A stretch of 63,878 nt of DNA, counting the filler, from Octopus bimaculoides (Eukaryota), in NCBI RefSeq assembly GCF_001194135.2. It is 7 parts of 7 records of this genome, joined end to end, with 100 filler letters (N's around TTAATTAATTAA, not from the genome) between each part and the next. Parts side by side here need not be neighbours in the genome. Positions count along the whole stretch, not along the records: positions 51,029 to 54,633 come from NC_068996.1; positions 54,734 to 57,680 come from NC_068997.1; positions 57,781 to 59,999 come from NC_069001.1; positions 60,100 to 63,878 come from NC_068983.1; 3 more parts are not named here. One strand, written 5' to 3'. Of the stretch, positions 51,100 through 63,878 are shown in pieces. The notes under the pieces were generated by a model. The model worked only from the letters and a program-made list of their open reading frames with translations. It ran no database searches and was not told the DNA's origin. The position numbers were made by a program, and so were the translations under genes. Within the stretch, counting starts at the first letter, position 1, and each line of letters begins with the position of its first letter.

Positions 51100-51605
51100 T
51101 GTATGTGAATGTGTGTGTCTCTGCAGCCAAAGCAATATTTCATTGTTTGTAACAAATGAATTTGTATATGTAAAACAAAGTATATAGTACATAACTTGTT
51201 CTATCTCTATTACTGATAATGATGGTGGTGGTGGCAATGGTGGTCGTGGCGGTGACTTTGGTAGTAGTAGTGGTGGTGGTTGTGACAATGATGACGACGA
51301 CGATGATGATGTTGATGATGGTGATGAAAATTTTGATAATAATACTGATAGAGGTAAAGTGATGGTGATAATTATGATAATAATGATGATGATGATGATG
51401 ATGACATTTATACATGCCTCAAAGGTCGTACAGATTCAGTCATTAGAATACACTGCAACACATGCAAATAAATGAACATATAAAATAATGATGATGATGG
51501 AGGTGGTGAAGTTGATGATGATGATGATGATGATGATAGGAACTGAAAGAAAAAAGAATGACAATGGATGTAGAAAAGAATATGACACGAAAAAAAATCA
51601 CAGTG

Positions 51606-51644
<39 letters not shown>

Positions 51645-53212
51645 GTATGCACACACAGATGTGTACATACATGCACATACATATACATACATATTAGCAT
51701 ACATATTTATACATAAAAATATATGCCCGAATTCTGTAAAACTGCCGGCCTCAAAGATCTGTTCTAATAATATCTGTGTGTTCCACCACAGACTAAGAGT
51801 GTGTACAATATTACTTTATTAGTGCCAACGAAGTTTTTACCTCTTCTATTCCTTATTTATTTTCATCAAGTTTTTTTTTTTTTATTATTATTTTCCTGAA
51901 ATGATCTCTAAAATTTTCATCAGATCTGGTAAACAACACTTTTTTCTAATATGAGGATAAATCCAAAATGTGTAACTGAAAAAAAAAAAAAAAGAAAAAA
52001 AGAAAAAACAAATTGTTGTTTTTATTTTATTTTTGTTGTTTATTTATATTTTTTGTAATTACTTTATTGTGAACGGGGTCAAAGTTGACATGTATCAAAA
52101 ATAAAATGCTTTTTTTATAAAGAATTACAGATTACATGTAAACAATCTATAACCACTGCTCCATTAGGTGTGACATCATTGAGTATCTGTAGAGTAATAG
52201 TCTAGAAAATCTACTATTTCAATCCAAAAGAGAGATTAGCTGATATCCACTCTGAAAATTCAGTAAGTATACAGAATAGTAAAAATATACAAGATGTTCT
52301 TAAAATTCAACATGTAAGGTAGAAACATCTGGCCCAGAGTTGCAACACATGACTCAACAAAGCTTGGGTGGGAGCTTTGTCATCTACATTAGTGTGTGGC
52401 CCCAGACATCTCTGGTAAAAATGTCGAAAGGTTGAAATACCTGAAGAGCTGCTTCACTGCCTGATGAGATGTCGACTTCTACATTCAAGATGGAAACAGC
52501 AGCACACAAGTGTTTGTTCTAAAATTCTAATGATGGACACTTCATTTCATTGTTAGAAACCTTAAAATGAATTTTTTAAAAAATGATTGATGCATACATG
52601 TTTATTTAGAAAATGCCAATTCAGTTATCCATTTTTGTTTTTTGGCTTATCTCTTTCTGCCACACCATAGGAATTTGGAAGAAAGCCGTGGCTGTGCTAA
52701 GAGAGTTGGATAAGAATTATGAGGTAGAATAAACAGACAGATGGATAGATAGGCAAGTAGATAGATAGATGGAAGATTGACAAAGTGAGAGCAGCAACCT
52801 GCATGGGAAAAAGCACTCAAGCAAGCAGAAGGTGAAATATAAGGAAGTTTTGAAGAAAAGTGAAAGTAAAAAATGGCATGAATAAGAAAGGAGCAGTGCA
52901 AAAAAGAAAGACTGAACCCTGCATTACAGCGTGTAAACTAGAATACAATCAAAAGAGGTACAATAATCAAAGTAAGAGTTGTAAAAGGTGAACGAATAAT
53001 AGAGAGATAGCATTCCAGAGGGTGAACAAATGACAGAGATAGGGTGAGAGAAATTCACCTTCAATTAAATTTTGTGTGTGCGTGTGTGTGATAAGTTATT
53101 TTAAAACAATAACTGCTAAGCGGTTACTAATGATGTGCATACACTAAGTTACAAATAGTGTGAAGATTAAATTTTTTTCTATTGGCTACTTCTCCTCCTC
53201 CTTTATCTTCTT

Positions 53213-53935
53213 ATTATTGAGTGAGAGAGCAGCTATCGAAATATCACTAGGGCACAAGCTGAAGTCTAATATACCCATCGTGACTACACGTTTGATAAGG
53301 GTACACCAAGCACATGCATCGCAATGATATGTATGCGATATGGAGATCTCATATCAAGATAAACCGTGTATGACCTTGCAGGCAGGGCCCAATTAGAATT
53401 TTCTTCAGGTCAAGTATTCCAGCCTATTTAAAAGGACCCTATTTCTCATGTCTCCAGGGGTGAATTATTCAAACCTCAAAGAATCTCTGTCAACACATGG
53501 CTATGATGCTCCCCCACTACTACTTGTAACTAGTGTTGCACATATCAGCAGCCATGAATATGCTCAGTTGGTTTTGGTCAAGCAATTCTGCAATATTGAG
53601 TAAAAAATTTGTTATAGCCGATCTTTTACACCAAGACAAAACATGTACAAGGGGGTTCCAACAAGTTTCTGGTTTTGAGTAAAAGAAAATACATGAGGAA
53701 CAATTAATTATGATTTTACTCAACATATTCCCCTCTCAGATTCACACACTTAGTGCAGTGGTCCTTCAGGTTTTTTTAAGCCCTGTAAAAGAACTTGGAA
53801 GCTGGGTCTGCAACAAGGCCTTTCATGATACCCTTAAAGCCAGGAATTTTTCAGCCTCTCCTCATACATGCTAACATTTCCAATCAGTTAAGGTCACAAG
53901 CCATGAGAACCACTGCCTGGTATTGTGTGAGGACA
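53213..53935 (-). mobile_element. Unclassified interspersed repeat (copy 2) interrupted by a mariner MITE
   Basis: Homologous to 31140-31600, with a 217-bp insertion at 53648-53864. Confidence 0.75.
53648..53864 (-). mobile_element. Mariner-derived MITE (same family as 1533-1745)
   Basis: Reverse-complement homology (CTCAACATATTCCCCTCTCAGATTCACACA; TAAAGCCAGGAATTTTTCAGC); TA at 53646-47 and 53865-66. Confidence 0.85.
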
Positions 53936-53980
53936 TTTATTATCATCATCATTAACATCATCATCATCATCATTATTATA

Positions 53981-54020
<40 letters not shown>

Positions 54021-54022
<2 letters not shown>

Positions 54023-54325
54023 TTTTGTACATCTCAGAGACTAGATGTTAAGCAGCCTGGGCATTTCAGTTTGGGAGCAGTCAGCAACAAGTTGACAATG
54101 GCCACTCTACTTGCTTCCTTTCTTGTTCCTTACATAGACAAAGCTTTCCTTAAAATCCTTACTGCATGATTTGTAACCTCGCATCAATTCCAGTTCTACT
54201 TATATAGTCCTTGAAACTGTCTGATATGCATCCCAATGCTCTGATCACCACTGGAATCAGTAGAATCTACTTCATCCTCTGCAACTTTCCAATCTCCTCC
54301 TTCAGTGGTTCATACTTTGCGATTA
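54021..54325 (-). mobile_element. R4/Dong 3' fragment
   Basis: KIIAKYEPLKEEIGKLQRMK*ILLIPVVIRALGCIS; tail runs into (TAA)n at about 53980-54020. Confidence 0.75.
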
Positions 54326-54341
54326 TTTTTATTATTATTAT

Positions 54342-54633
54342 TCAGTAGTTTTATTTTTATAACGTGCTTTCACTTCACTACCGAGCGCAGCTCTGTGCGC
54401 CTTGGGTATGTGCTGTGGTTTGCTGTGGTGCTCTTATGTTTACTGTATTGAAAGTGTTTTGCGTAGGATGTGTGCAGTACCCAGTAGTGCAATTTTCTGT
54501 ATGTTATATATATTTGTAAGTCCTGCTATTTTTGTTATGTATTTGTCTGAATATTTTTTTATTATACCTAAGGCACCTACTATGATAGGAATTGTTTCTG
54601 TTTTTAGATTCCACATTCGAGTTATCTCTATTT
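54342..54633 (-). mobile_element. R4/Dong 3' fragment
   Basis: EITRMWNLKTETIPIIVGALGIIKK...IQKIALLGTAHILRKTLSIQ*; short (TAA)n tail at 54327-54341. Truncated by a gap. Confidence 0.85.
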
Positions 54634-55439
54634 NNNNNNNNNNNNNNNNNNNNNNNNNNNNNNNNNNNNNNNNNNNNTTAATTAATTAANNNNNNNNNNN
54701 NNNNNNNNNNNNNNNNNNNNNNNNNNNNNNNNNTATATATATATATATATATATGTTTTTAATTTTTTAAAAGAAAGCTATATACAACACAAGTTATAAG
54801 AAATGATACAAGTTGATAAGTTGCAGTTTTTCTATAAAATTCAGTATTTTACGCTTAGGACTCCTTTTTCGGGAAATCTTCGGAAAAATAGTGTCGTCAG
54901 TACAAACCACCGACATTTAATATTTCTTATAATTTGCATTGTTTCGGTTTTAATAAAAAAAACATTAGAAAATATTTATACACCAAACACAGAAAAACAC
55001 AGACATGTATATAAAATAAAAGTATACAATTGTAAAAGAAGAATGAATTAATAAATGAAATCAGTGACCAAGTATTTCACATACATAAATTATTTGTTAA
55101 ATAAGAAAGGGTAAATAAGATTTGTTATACATTTTAGATGACTATTTGTTGAATAAAGGCAATATTTGATAAAATGATTGTTTACACAAATAATGTGCAG
55201 ATTGGTCCATGGGAAGTAACTCTTAACTGATCATGCGTAGACAGGTTGATTACCGTTCATAACATGTTTAAGTACACAATACTGTCACCTTTGATTGTGA
55301 TTCTGTTATACGTACTTTGATCTCTTCATTTAAATGTCTATTTTTTCATTTTCTTTCTTTCTTTTTTTTTGTTCTTAGTAGACCTTACTATTAGTGACTG
55401 GTTTTATACTTTGCGCATTATTTGTATCACACACACACA

Positions 55440-55500
<61 letters not shown>

Positions 55501-55879
55501 ACACACACACGCACGCAAACACATATACACACACGCACACACACATACACACACGCACACAAACAAATCCATATTTAGAAGTCTCCTGAAAAATATTCCT
55601 ATACAGATATCTAAATTCTCGTCCTCTGAACAGATCTTCCGGAATGACATCCAATATTATAACGAGGCACTGGTTTGAACCAACTTTACGGACATATCAA
55701 ACACCACTCCGTTACTTCTCTTAAGTCATCAATTCGTTAACCCTCTCCCCTTAAGTCATCCATTCGTAACCCTACCGAGCTGCACATCAGAGCACCCTCC
55801 AACGCCGAGTGTTTGTGGCACTGGTCCTGATATTACTAAACGCGTTGCCGGGTTACTGTGGTCTGTCGTGAAGACGGTG

Positions 55880-56300
55880 TAGCCGGATATAGGGCTAGCC
55901 ATTTCAGCACCATCGCTGCTGGCGATTGGGATGATAGCCGAACTGGAGGCCACATTAATAGAACATGCGCTATTAGGTTGCTTTTACCACCAGCGTTGAT
56001 GGTAACCCCATCAGAAAAGGACACGCCAAACACCAGGAAGCTCCACACTCCAGTGACCCGATTAGTCCCCGTAGGCACAAGACTAGTCGTGCTTACTCTA
56101 GGTGTGTTATATAACCTACCTTTCAGTAGTTCGGTGAAAATTTCCATAGCTAGGGATTTTGTGTATAAATCCTTAGCAGAAACTTCTCAATCCAGCAGAG
56201 ATTCTACCAGATATTTAATTAGAACACGGTCAAGCCGTCATAGTCCGCCTCTCCAAACCTAGGGTCCATAACGCTACATCCAATAGAATGAAATTGAATG
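55880..56300 (+). mobile_element. Possible Ty3/gypsy integrase remnant
   Basis: DSRTGGHINRTCAIRL, LVPVG...LGVLYNLPFSS and IARDFVYK resemble, in order, the integrase HHCC GGH motif, the IPVG..DILGPLP segment and VIGDYFTK. Confidence 0.35.
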
Positions 56301-58186
56301 GTGTGCTGTGTGGGCCTCCGCACCCAAATTAAAGCATCTAACCGTGCCGGGGGTGGGGCGGATGTAAGGGCTCCGATGATATGGCCGGTCTGTCCATCTG
56401 TCCATCTGTCTGTCTGNNNNNNNNNNNNNNNNNNNNNNNNNNNNNNNNNNNNNNNNNNNNNNNNNNNNNNNNNNNNNNNNNNNNNNNNNNNNNNNNNNNN
56501 NNNNNNNNNNNNNNNNNNNNNNNNNNNNNNNNNNNNNNNNNNNNNNNNNNNNNNNNNNNNNNNNNNNNNNNNNNNNNNNNNNNNNNNNNNNNNNNNNNNN
56601 NNNNNNNNNNNNNNNNNNNNNNNNNNNNNNNNNNNNNNNNNNNNNNNNNNNNNNNNNNNNNNNNNNNNNNNNNNNNNNNNNNNNNNNNNNNNNNNNNNNN
56701 NNNNNNNNNNNNNNNNNNNNNNNNNNNNNNNNNNNNNNNNNNNNNNNNNNNNNNNNNNNNNNNNNNNNNNNNNNNNNNNNNNNNNNNNNNNNNNNNNNNN
56801 NNNNNNNNNNNNNNNNNNNNNNNNNNNNNNNNNNNNNNNNNNNNNNNNNNNNNNNNNNNNNNNNNNNNNNNNNNNNNNNNNNNNNNNNNNNNNNNNNNNN
56901 NNNNNNNNNNNNNNNNNNNNNNNNNNNNNNNNNNNNNNNNNNNNNNNNNNNNNNNNNNNNNNNNNNNNNNNNNNNNNNNNNNNNNNNNNNNNNNNNNNNN
57001 NNNNNNNNNNNNNNNNNNNNNNNNNNNNNNNNNNNNNNNNNNNNNNNNNNNNNNNNNNNNNNNNNNNNNNNNNNNNNNNNNNNNNNNNNNNNNNNNNNNN
57101 NNNNNNNNNNNNNNNNNNNNNNNNNNNNNGGGCGTGTATGTGCGTGTGTGTATGCGTTGTGTATGCGTGTGTGTATGCGAGTGTGAGTGAGTGTGAGTGA
57201 GTGCGCACTTGTATAGTCAATTTTAAGTACAAAGCTGATGTAGAAAATATTAAAAGACGCCCGCTGATAGAAGGAGTTTTTCGTCTTTTTATATAATTAA
57301 TTTGCTTAAATCATTATTTATTATAAATGATTTCGTTTAATTGTTTCAATTTTAGTTTAAATTACAGTAATTATTTTATTCTCCGCCTCTAAATTCTCCC
57401 ACCATCATCCCCACGTTTTATCTATACGTAGTCACTGATATAATTGATATTATATGAAAATACAAATTGCCACAGTAAAAACTAATAAATTATAATAAGA
57501 GACGAATTACCCCTCAAGCCTTCACCACATCACGCTACAAAAAAAAACCCCCAAAAAAACCACAAAACAAAAACACAAACAAGCAAACAAAACTATCATA
57601 ATCACAGTAACAAAAATATATGCAACAGCTATTTAGTCAAGGGTGTCTGTTATTGAGTGTGTATATATGAGAACTGTATANNNNNNNNNNNNNNNNNNNN
57701 NNNNNNNNNNNNNNNNNNNNNNNNTTAATTAATTAANNNNNNNNNNNNNNNNNNNNNNNNNNNNNNNNNNNNNNNNNNNNATATGTATGTATATATATAT
57801 ATATATTCATATATATGTATATATGTGTATATATATATATATACATATACATATGTATATATATATATCATATATATATTATATATTTATATACATATAT
57901 ATCTATATATATCTGTATATATTTGTATGTATGTATGTATATATATATATATATATATATATGTTTGTATGTATCTATGAAGCTTAGATGTAGTGCATTA
58001 TGTTGCAAACAAATACGCTACTATTTGCATGCTTTGAATCAGCCATCATTTCCCTAAAAGGTCTCAAAAGCATTTGCAGCGTGGAGGATATTAACCTCGC
58101 AATACCCGTCGATTGGTTTGTCAACAATACATCATGCATGAATTAATGGATCTCTTTCTCTCTCTGTCTCTGCTTTTCCCTCACTC

Positions 58187-58254
<68 letters not shown>

Positions 58255-58447
58255 ATACACATACACACACACACACAAAAACTCATATACGAAAGCATGC
58301 AAATAAGCATACGCATGCATGTTCTAAAGTCTCTCAGACGATATCAGACAACAATTCACATACTTAAACACACACACAACACAAATACACGCACGCACAC
58401 ACTCACACATACACATATGCGGACACGTGAACACAAACACACACTCT

Positions 58448-58479
<32 letters not shown>

Positions 58480-59053
58480 AACACACATATATACACACAT
58501 TTGTTACATTTGTTTTTCAGAATTTCAGTCAATGATTGCAACCATGCATATGTGTACAAAATACGTACATACATAAACATATATATATATGTATATATAT
58601 GTATATATATATATATATAATACATTTGTATTTACCATTTCGTTAATTCGTTTACAAACGAAGAGATAAATAAAGTATGCCGTGATACACATAGGAAAGG
58701 AAACAAAAAAAAATGAAAGACAGAAAGAACAGAAAAATACTGTTTGACATAACATAAATACATTTGCACGTTTCATGTTTCCTTCTCCGACTCTTTCTAT
58801 TTTGGGTCGTCTGCATCGGAATGTGACGAACTTTTCATTCTATTTCTCTTTTTTATTTCCGCTTATCGCTTTTACTTCTTTCTCGTATAGTAATATTTTT
58901 CTCTACCTATTTCTCCCACTCTCACTTCCGGTTCGAATGAATGCTTCACTTTCTGCATTTACGCCTTGTCATAAGAAGTTACTATTCTCGTTCTTTCACT
59001 TCCGGTCAAAAAAATGGAGGCGACATGCGCGCAAACACATATACATGTATGTG

Positions 59054-59084
<31 letters not shown>

Positions 59085-59398
59085 NNNNNNNNNNNNNNNN
59101 NNNNNNNNNNNNNNNNNNNNNNNNNNNNNNNNNNNNNNNNNNNNNNNNNNNNNNNNNNNNNNNNNNNNNNNNNNNNNNNNNNNNNNNNNNNNNNNNNNNN
59201 NNNNNNNNNNNNNNNNNNNNNNNNNNNNNNNNNNNNNNNNNNNNNNNNNNNNNNNNNNNNNNNNNNNNNNNNNNNNNNNNNNNNNNNNNNNNNNNNNNNN
59301 NNNNNNNNNNNNNNNNNNNNNNNNNNNNNNNNNNNNNNNNNNNNNNNNNNNNNNTATATATAATGTATATATGAATGTGTGTGTGTCATATATATCTA

Positions 59399-59436
<38 letters not shown>

Positions 59437-59968
59437 TGATCTCCATTTTACACTGATGCAAGAGGAAAGTGATATTTTACTATTTTACTTCCGGTTCGAT
59501 TTTAATGCATTTTCACTGCCATAACTCTTCACTTCCTCTTTGGAAACGTGACGTCATTGTAAGCTTTTTTTTAAATCTCTGCATCATTTTACTACATATT
59601 TGAATGTGAATCCATTTTAAAAAATAATCTTCTGTATTTTAACCTTACTTTCTGTCACGTGATGACATATTTTCTACAGCATTTTTTCTCTTTTTTGTTT
59701 TCATAATTCTATTTCCTGTCATAACAACAATTACGTTGAAGTCATCGACTGCTTAAAAAGTTGATTTAATTTTTAAACATAATTCTTATTGTCTTTCTTT
59801 CCGGTTAAATCTGTAATTTCCTGCAGCAATCTAACACATATCGTTATTTCCGACGTTCTTGTTGATGTTTCTTGTTTAATTGTTATTTTTGTAACTTCCT
59901 TTCAGGATCTGAACTACTTTAGAGCTTATACATACATACACACATGCATACATACATACATACATACA

Positions 59969-59999
<31 letters not shown>

Positions 60000-61295
60000 N
60001 NNNNNNNNNNNNNNNNNNNNNNNNNNNNNNNNNNNNNNNNNNNTTAATTAATTAANNNNNNNNNNNNNNNNNNNNNNNNNNNNNNNNNNNNNNNNNNNNT
60101 TATACTCTGCATAAAATAAACTGAAAGGCAGCCTGTTCTTATCGTGGCTGTTGAGTATACTAGAAATAGTACTAATTAAACATACAAAATATCCACCATT
60201 CTGATCACCTAATATTCTGCAAAGGGGAAAAATGCCCTCTGCAGTATATTAACAGACGAGGTTACCTGATAGCATCTAAAATAAACCGCGGAAAAAATAA
60301 CTCCGACTGGGTGGAGGGGGGGGGGCGAATTTCCGAGGTGCCATTTAAGCTGGGAACCTGGGGTCCACCAAAATTATTTCCAATTGGTTCATGCACCTCC
60401 TAAATCCATCCCTGTAGGTATGTGTATACACTCGCATACATATCTACAAATATTCGTGCACTGAACACTGATGCGTACGTACATGCATGTAAGTATGTTC
60501 TTGTTATTTAATTACGAAAAATACTTAAAAGTTATAAGAATAATCTAGTTTCCAACCTACAGCCCTAACAAATACCCGAAAATAAATTCTGTTTCAACAC
60601 ATCTTTAGTGACCATTAAATTGATAGGAAACATATATATCTTGAACACTTACTTGCACCTGCTGATTAGATTTCAGCGTTATTTGGGTTAACGAATGGAA
60701 ACTGTATATAGAAAATTTGACTCAGTTATCACAGAGCCTGTACATTTCCTGATAAAACACTCTTTTTTAACATATGAACACAAACATAGAACATTGAATA
60801 GATACTTCTGCCATCTTGCTAAAATTTCTTTCATTAAGTTAGCGCAGATATTTCTCCCGAAAAAGTCAATATTTATTTAGCAATTCACTGCAGAACCATT
60901 TGAGCGAACTGTTGTGGGGAAGAAAATAGAAAACATTTTTTTCTACGTTAATCGCGTTTCACCTTTCTTTCCAGTCACATTATGTCAATTACCATATATA
61001 AATAGAATATATATCACGCATGACATAAATTTTGAGATACAATTTTTTAAAGGAACATTAGCGTTCACTTACCATTATATATTTTATTTATTTCATTTTA
61101 ACGTACTTATTTCAACATAGCAATAGATTACAAACAACAATGGTTTCACAATAGGTCTTAGTAGTCTTTCATATTTCTTTCTACATTATACTATTTTTTT
61201 ATTCTGTCGTAAAATCCGTCTTATACCTCCCAAATAAGCGTGGTAATTGCTGCAGGCTTAACTATTCAAATCGAGGTAATACTTTAGTGGTCGAA

Positions 61296-61336
<41 letters not shown>

Positions 61337-62849
61337 GTCTGTGTGTCAGTATGTATATACGTGCATTTATGCATGTGCATTGAAATAATACGTATCTCTG
61401 CGTATATGTATGTGTAATAGATAGTAATCATGAAAGATTTCCTCCATAAAATTTGAACAAAACTACATCAGACTGTAACAAAAATGGCATAAATAATATT
61501 TTTGAAATCGACTTCGTATGTTTTCTGTTCTGTGTTGTTTTACTTTATATTTTTAACGTATATCTTTTGTGTGTTCTAAGTTGAAAATGACGTTAGGTTA
61601 TTGACAATGGAAAATATAAAAGATAAAATGTAGTTGGTCTTTGTGAAGATTCATTGCCTTCAAGGAAAACTTTGGATATTGTTACTCAGTCATTTATTTA
61701 TGTATATTTAAGTACATATATTCTAGAATGAGCTTTTAAGACGATTAAAGAGAAATGACTAGTTGAGTTGTAGTTACTTTTATTTTTTGATATACACAAA
61801 CATGAAGATAACAAAGAAGAAAAAAGAGAACATTAGATAACATAGTATATCTGTAATACTAAGTTAAATAAGATATTCCAAGTAATCCTGGGAAAGGTTA
61901 CCGTTATACGAATACCATAATTAATAACCATAAGAGCCACAAAGGAGCATATATTCTGTTTTCAAATAAACAATGCATTCCGGCAATAAATGGAAATAGG
62001 AAGAGCATTGATTAGTATTTTTAAGCAGTAGAGATATTGTATATGAATTGTCTTAGAAAATGTATCACCTCATTTTCATTTAACTGAATATATTGGATTT
62101 TTATTCAGAGTATTGACGGAAATAAGTAACTACTGTTAGACATTTTATGCTTTATTTCACATCGTCAACATTGGATTATTTTTGACAATTTATCTCACTC
62201 AAATAGTGTGAGGAACTGCTGTAGAACTGCCCCTGTATTGCAGTGAACGCTACTCTGCTATAGTCATCACGGTCGCTTCAAATTGTGATAAACTGCATTA
62301 CCAAGTATCCCCTAAGACGAATGGATATTCATAACATACCTGAGCCAGTTTCAAAAACGCAGTCTCCTCTTTGTAGAACTTGGAATTATTTCATTTCTCC
62401 GACGGCTGCTGACCATTTCCAGCAATAATATGGCATACACAATAGAATGCTTCTTGTTCATTTAGGGTGGTGCAGACTCGATGCTCACAGACATCTTTAT
62501 GAGCATCAAGATAAGTCTCAGCTACTACTGGCTGGCATTGTATCACTATAATAAGTGTCCTATTGTCTAGCCCATTGCCTGTTAACCCCTTCTCCTTGGC
62601 GTTACTCGCGCTACAATGATTGCCTCTCTCAGAAATGTGATGTATCTTACTTTTCTAGTCCCTATCTACTTTTCTTTTTCAGTTCTCGAAAGTCTTGTTT
62701 TCGTCTATTACCTGATCCCACCATAAAATCTATGTCAGATCATCTCCAGCACACAACTTCCTTATATTGTTTTTCTAGAAATTTCTCGTACCTTTCCCGC
62801 GGGTCTTGTGCAAAAGTACTTCTTTTCCAACGTCATATCTTTTTTATCG

Positions 62850-63800
62850 TTTCTTTTATGTTTTACTGGTTTTAGCCAGAGGCTGGAACCATGCTCAAGA
62901 ACCGCTTTTCAGTGTTTTGGAGGTCCCATTTTGGTTCTGTTTCTCGTGAAGACGTGAGTTTGACGAAGATGCTCTTCTTTGTAACACTTCCCTTGATGTG
63001 GGCTCATCTGGGATTTGCAAACGCTACCATTTCTATACCTTGCAGATCTCTTAGGTTCCTTGGTATGATGTTTAATAGCTGTGGTCCCCTTGAAACCCAA
63101 CCTGTTGCAGTACTGGGACCTTATCTTAAATGAAAAAGATGGTATCCTTGGTATTATGTAGTGCTGTCCAGCTCCGTTGTTTTTATAGCTTTTAATTTTA
63201 AAGTTAGGAGATCCTTGCAGGATCTTCCATATGCATATCGCTACATGTTTTGCTCGCCTTCTCTGCAGGGAGTACAGCTTTTGTTTTTGTAGCCTCTCGC
63301 AGTAGCTCATCTGTTTCACCGAGTTAATATTATTTGTGTAGTAGCACTGAATTGCCTCTGGTTCTGCCATCAAGTTGATGCTCTGCAGCGGCCATAGTTG
63401 GAGGCAGTGAGGAACATGTCTGAGAACAAGAATCTCCTGTAGGAGTAGTAAGATGATCTTATTTCTGGCTCTAAAAGATATAAAGAACCATCCAGCTACA
63501 CGCCTGCACAGTGTTGCCATACTGGCAATATGCACATGAAATGTTGCGCCATTACTCATGAAGATTCCAATGTCAGGCAGTGATTGTAACTTTAGGATTG
63601 CACTGTTCCCTGGTAGTCTGTTTGCGAGGGACACTAGAAACAGTACTGGTCCCAGTACAGTTCTCCGAGGAACTCCGTCGCGGATTAATTTCTCCCCAGG
63701 GAGAGCAACATTGGCTGAAACTGCTTGACTTGTGTCCTTTAAAAAGACGTGCAGCCACTCTCCCAGATTTTCAATGATGTCAAGTTCGCGTATCTAGTGA
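62850..63800 (-). mobile_element. CR1-like LINE, 3' portion of RT/ORF2 with internal deletion
   Basis: LGEWLHVFLKDTSQAV, DGVPRRTVLGPVLFL (GVPQG motif), DIGIFMS, AGWFFISFRAR and SYCERLQKQKLYSLQRRR...WKIL. The YADD region is missing. Confidence 0.85.
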
Positions 63801-63878
63801 AATATCACATATATATTATATATACAAAACGATCTTCTTACTTAGCAGATGCAATATATATATATATATATATATATA

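Noticed and set aside
52455-52510. CTGATGA...GAAA-CAGCAG hammerhead-like motif
   Set aside because: Stems I and II do not pair properly and there is no UH cleavage site; at best a dead PLE remnant.

Overview
AT-rich, microsatellite-saturated eukaryotic genomic DNA with many N gaps. The SINE families and the single gene point to an octopus, most likely Octopus bimaculoides (from recall, not a database search). Only one intact protein-coding gene is supportable: an intronless Cys-loop (nAChR-like) receptor at 48232/48265..49464 (+). It keeps the Cys-loop and the cation-channel M2 but has lost the acetylcholine-binding aromatics and the loop-C vicinal cysteines. These are the hallmarks of cephalopod chemotactile receptors, and the sequence matches my recollection of CRT1, so the system is known rather than new. 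The rest is transposon debris: R4/Dong-type RLE retrotransposons at (TAA)n arrays, CR1-like, Tx1 and RTE LINE remnants, Penelope-like elements (PLEs), mariner/pogo/piggyBac-type MITEs and about 25 tRNA-derived SINE copies. The least obvious signal is a cluster of hammerhead ribozyme motifs at 18.9-25.0 kb, read by eye. One lies in a ~345-nt retrozyme-like unit, and two degenerate ones lie in the arms of a ~3.6-kb inverted-repeat structure centred on a Penelope GIY-YIG fragment. Almost all other ORFs in the track are microsatellite or N-gap artefacts. No CRISPR array, rRNA or genuine tRNA gene was seen.
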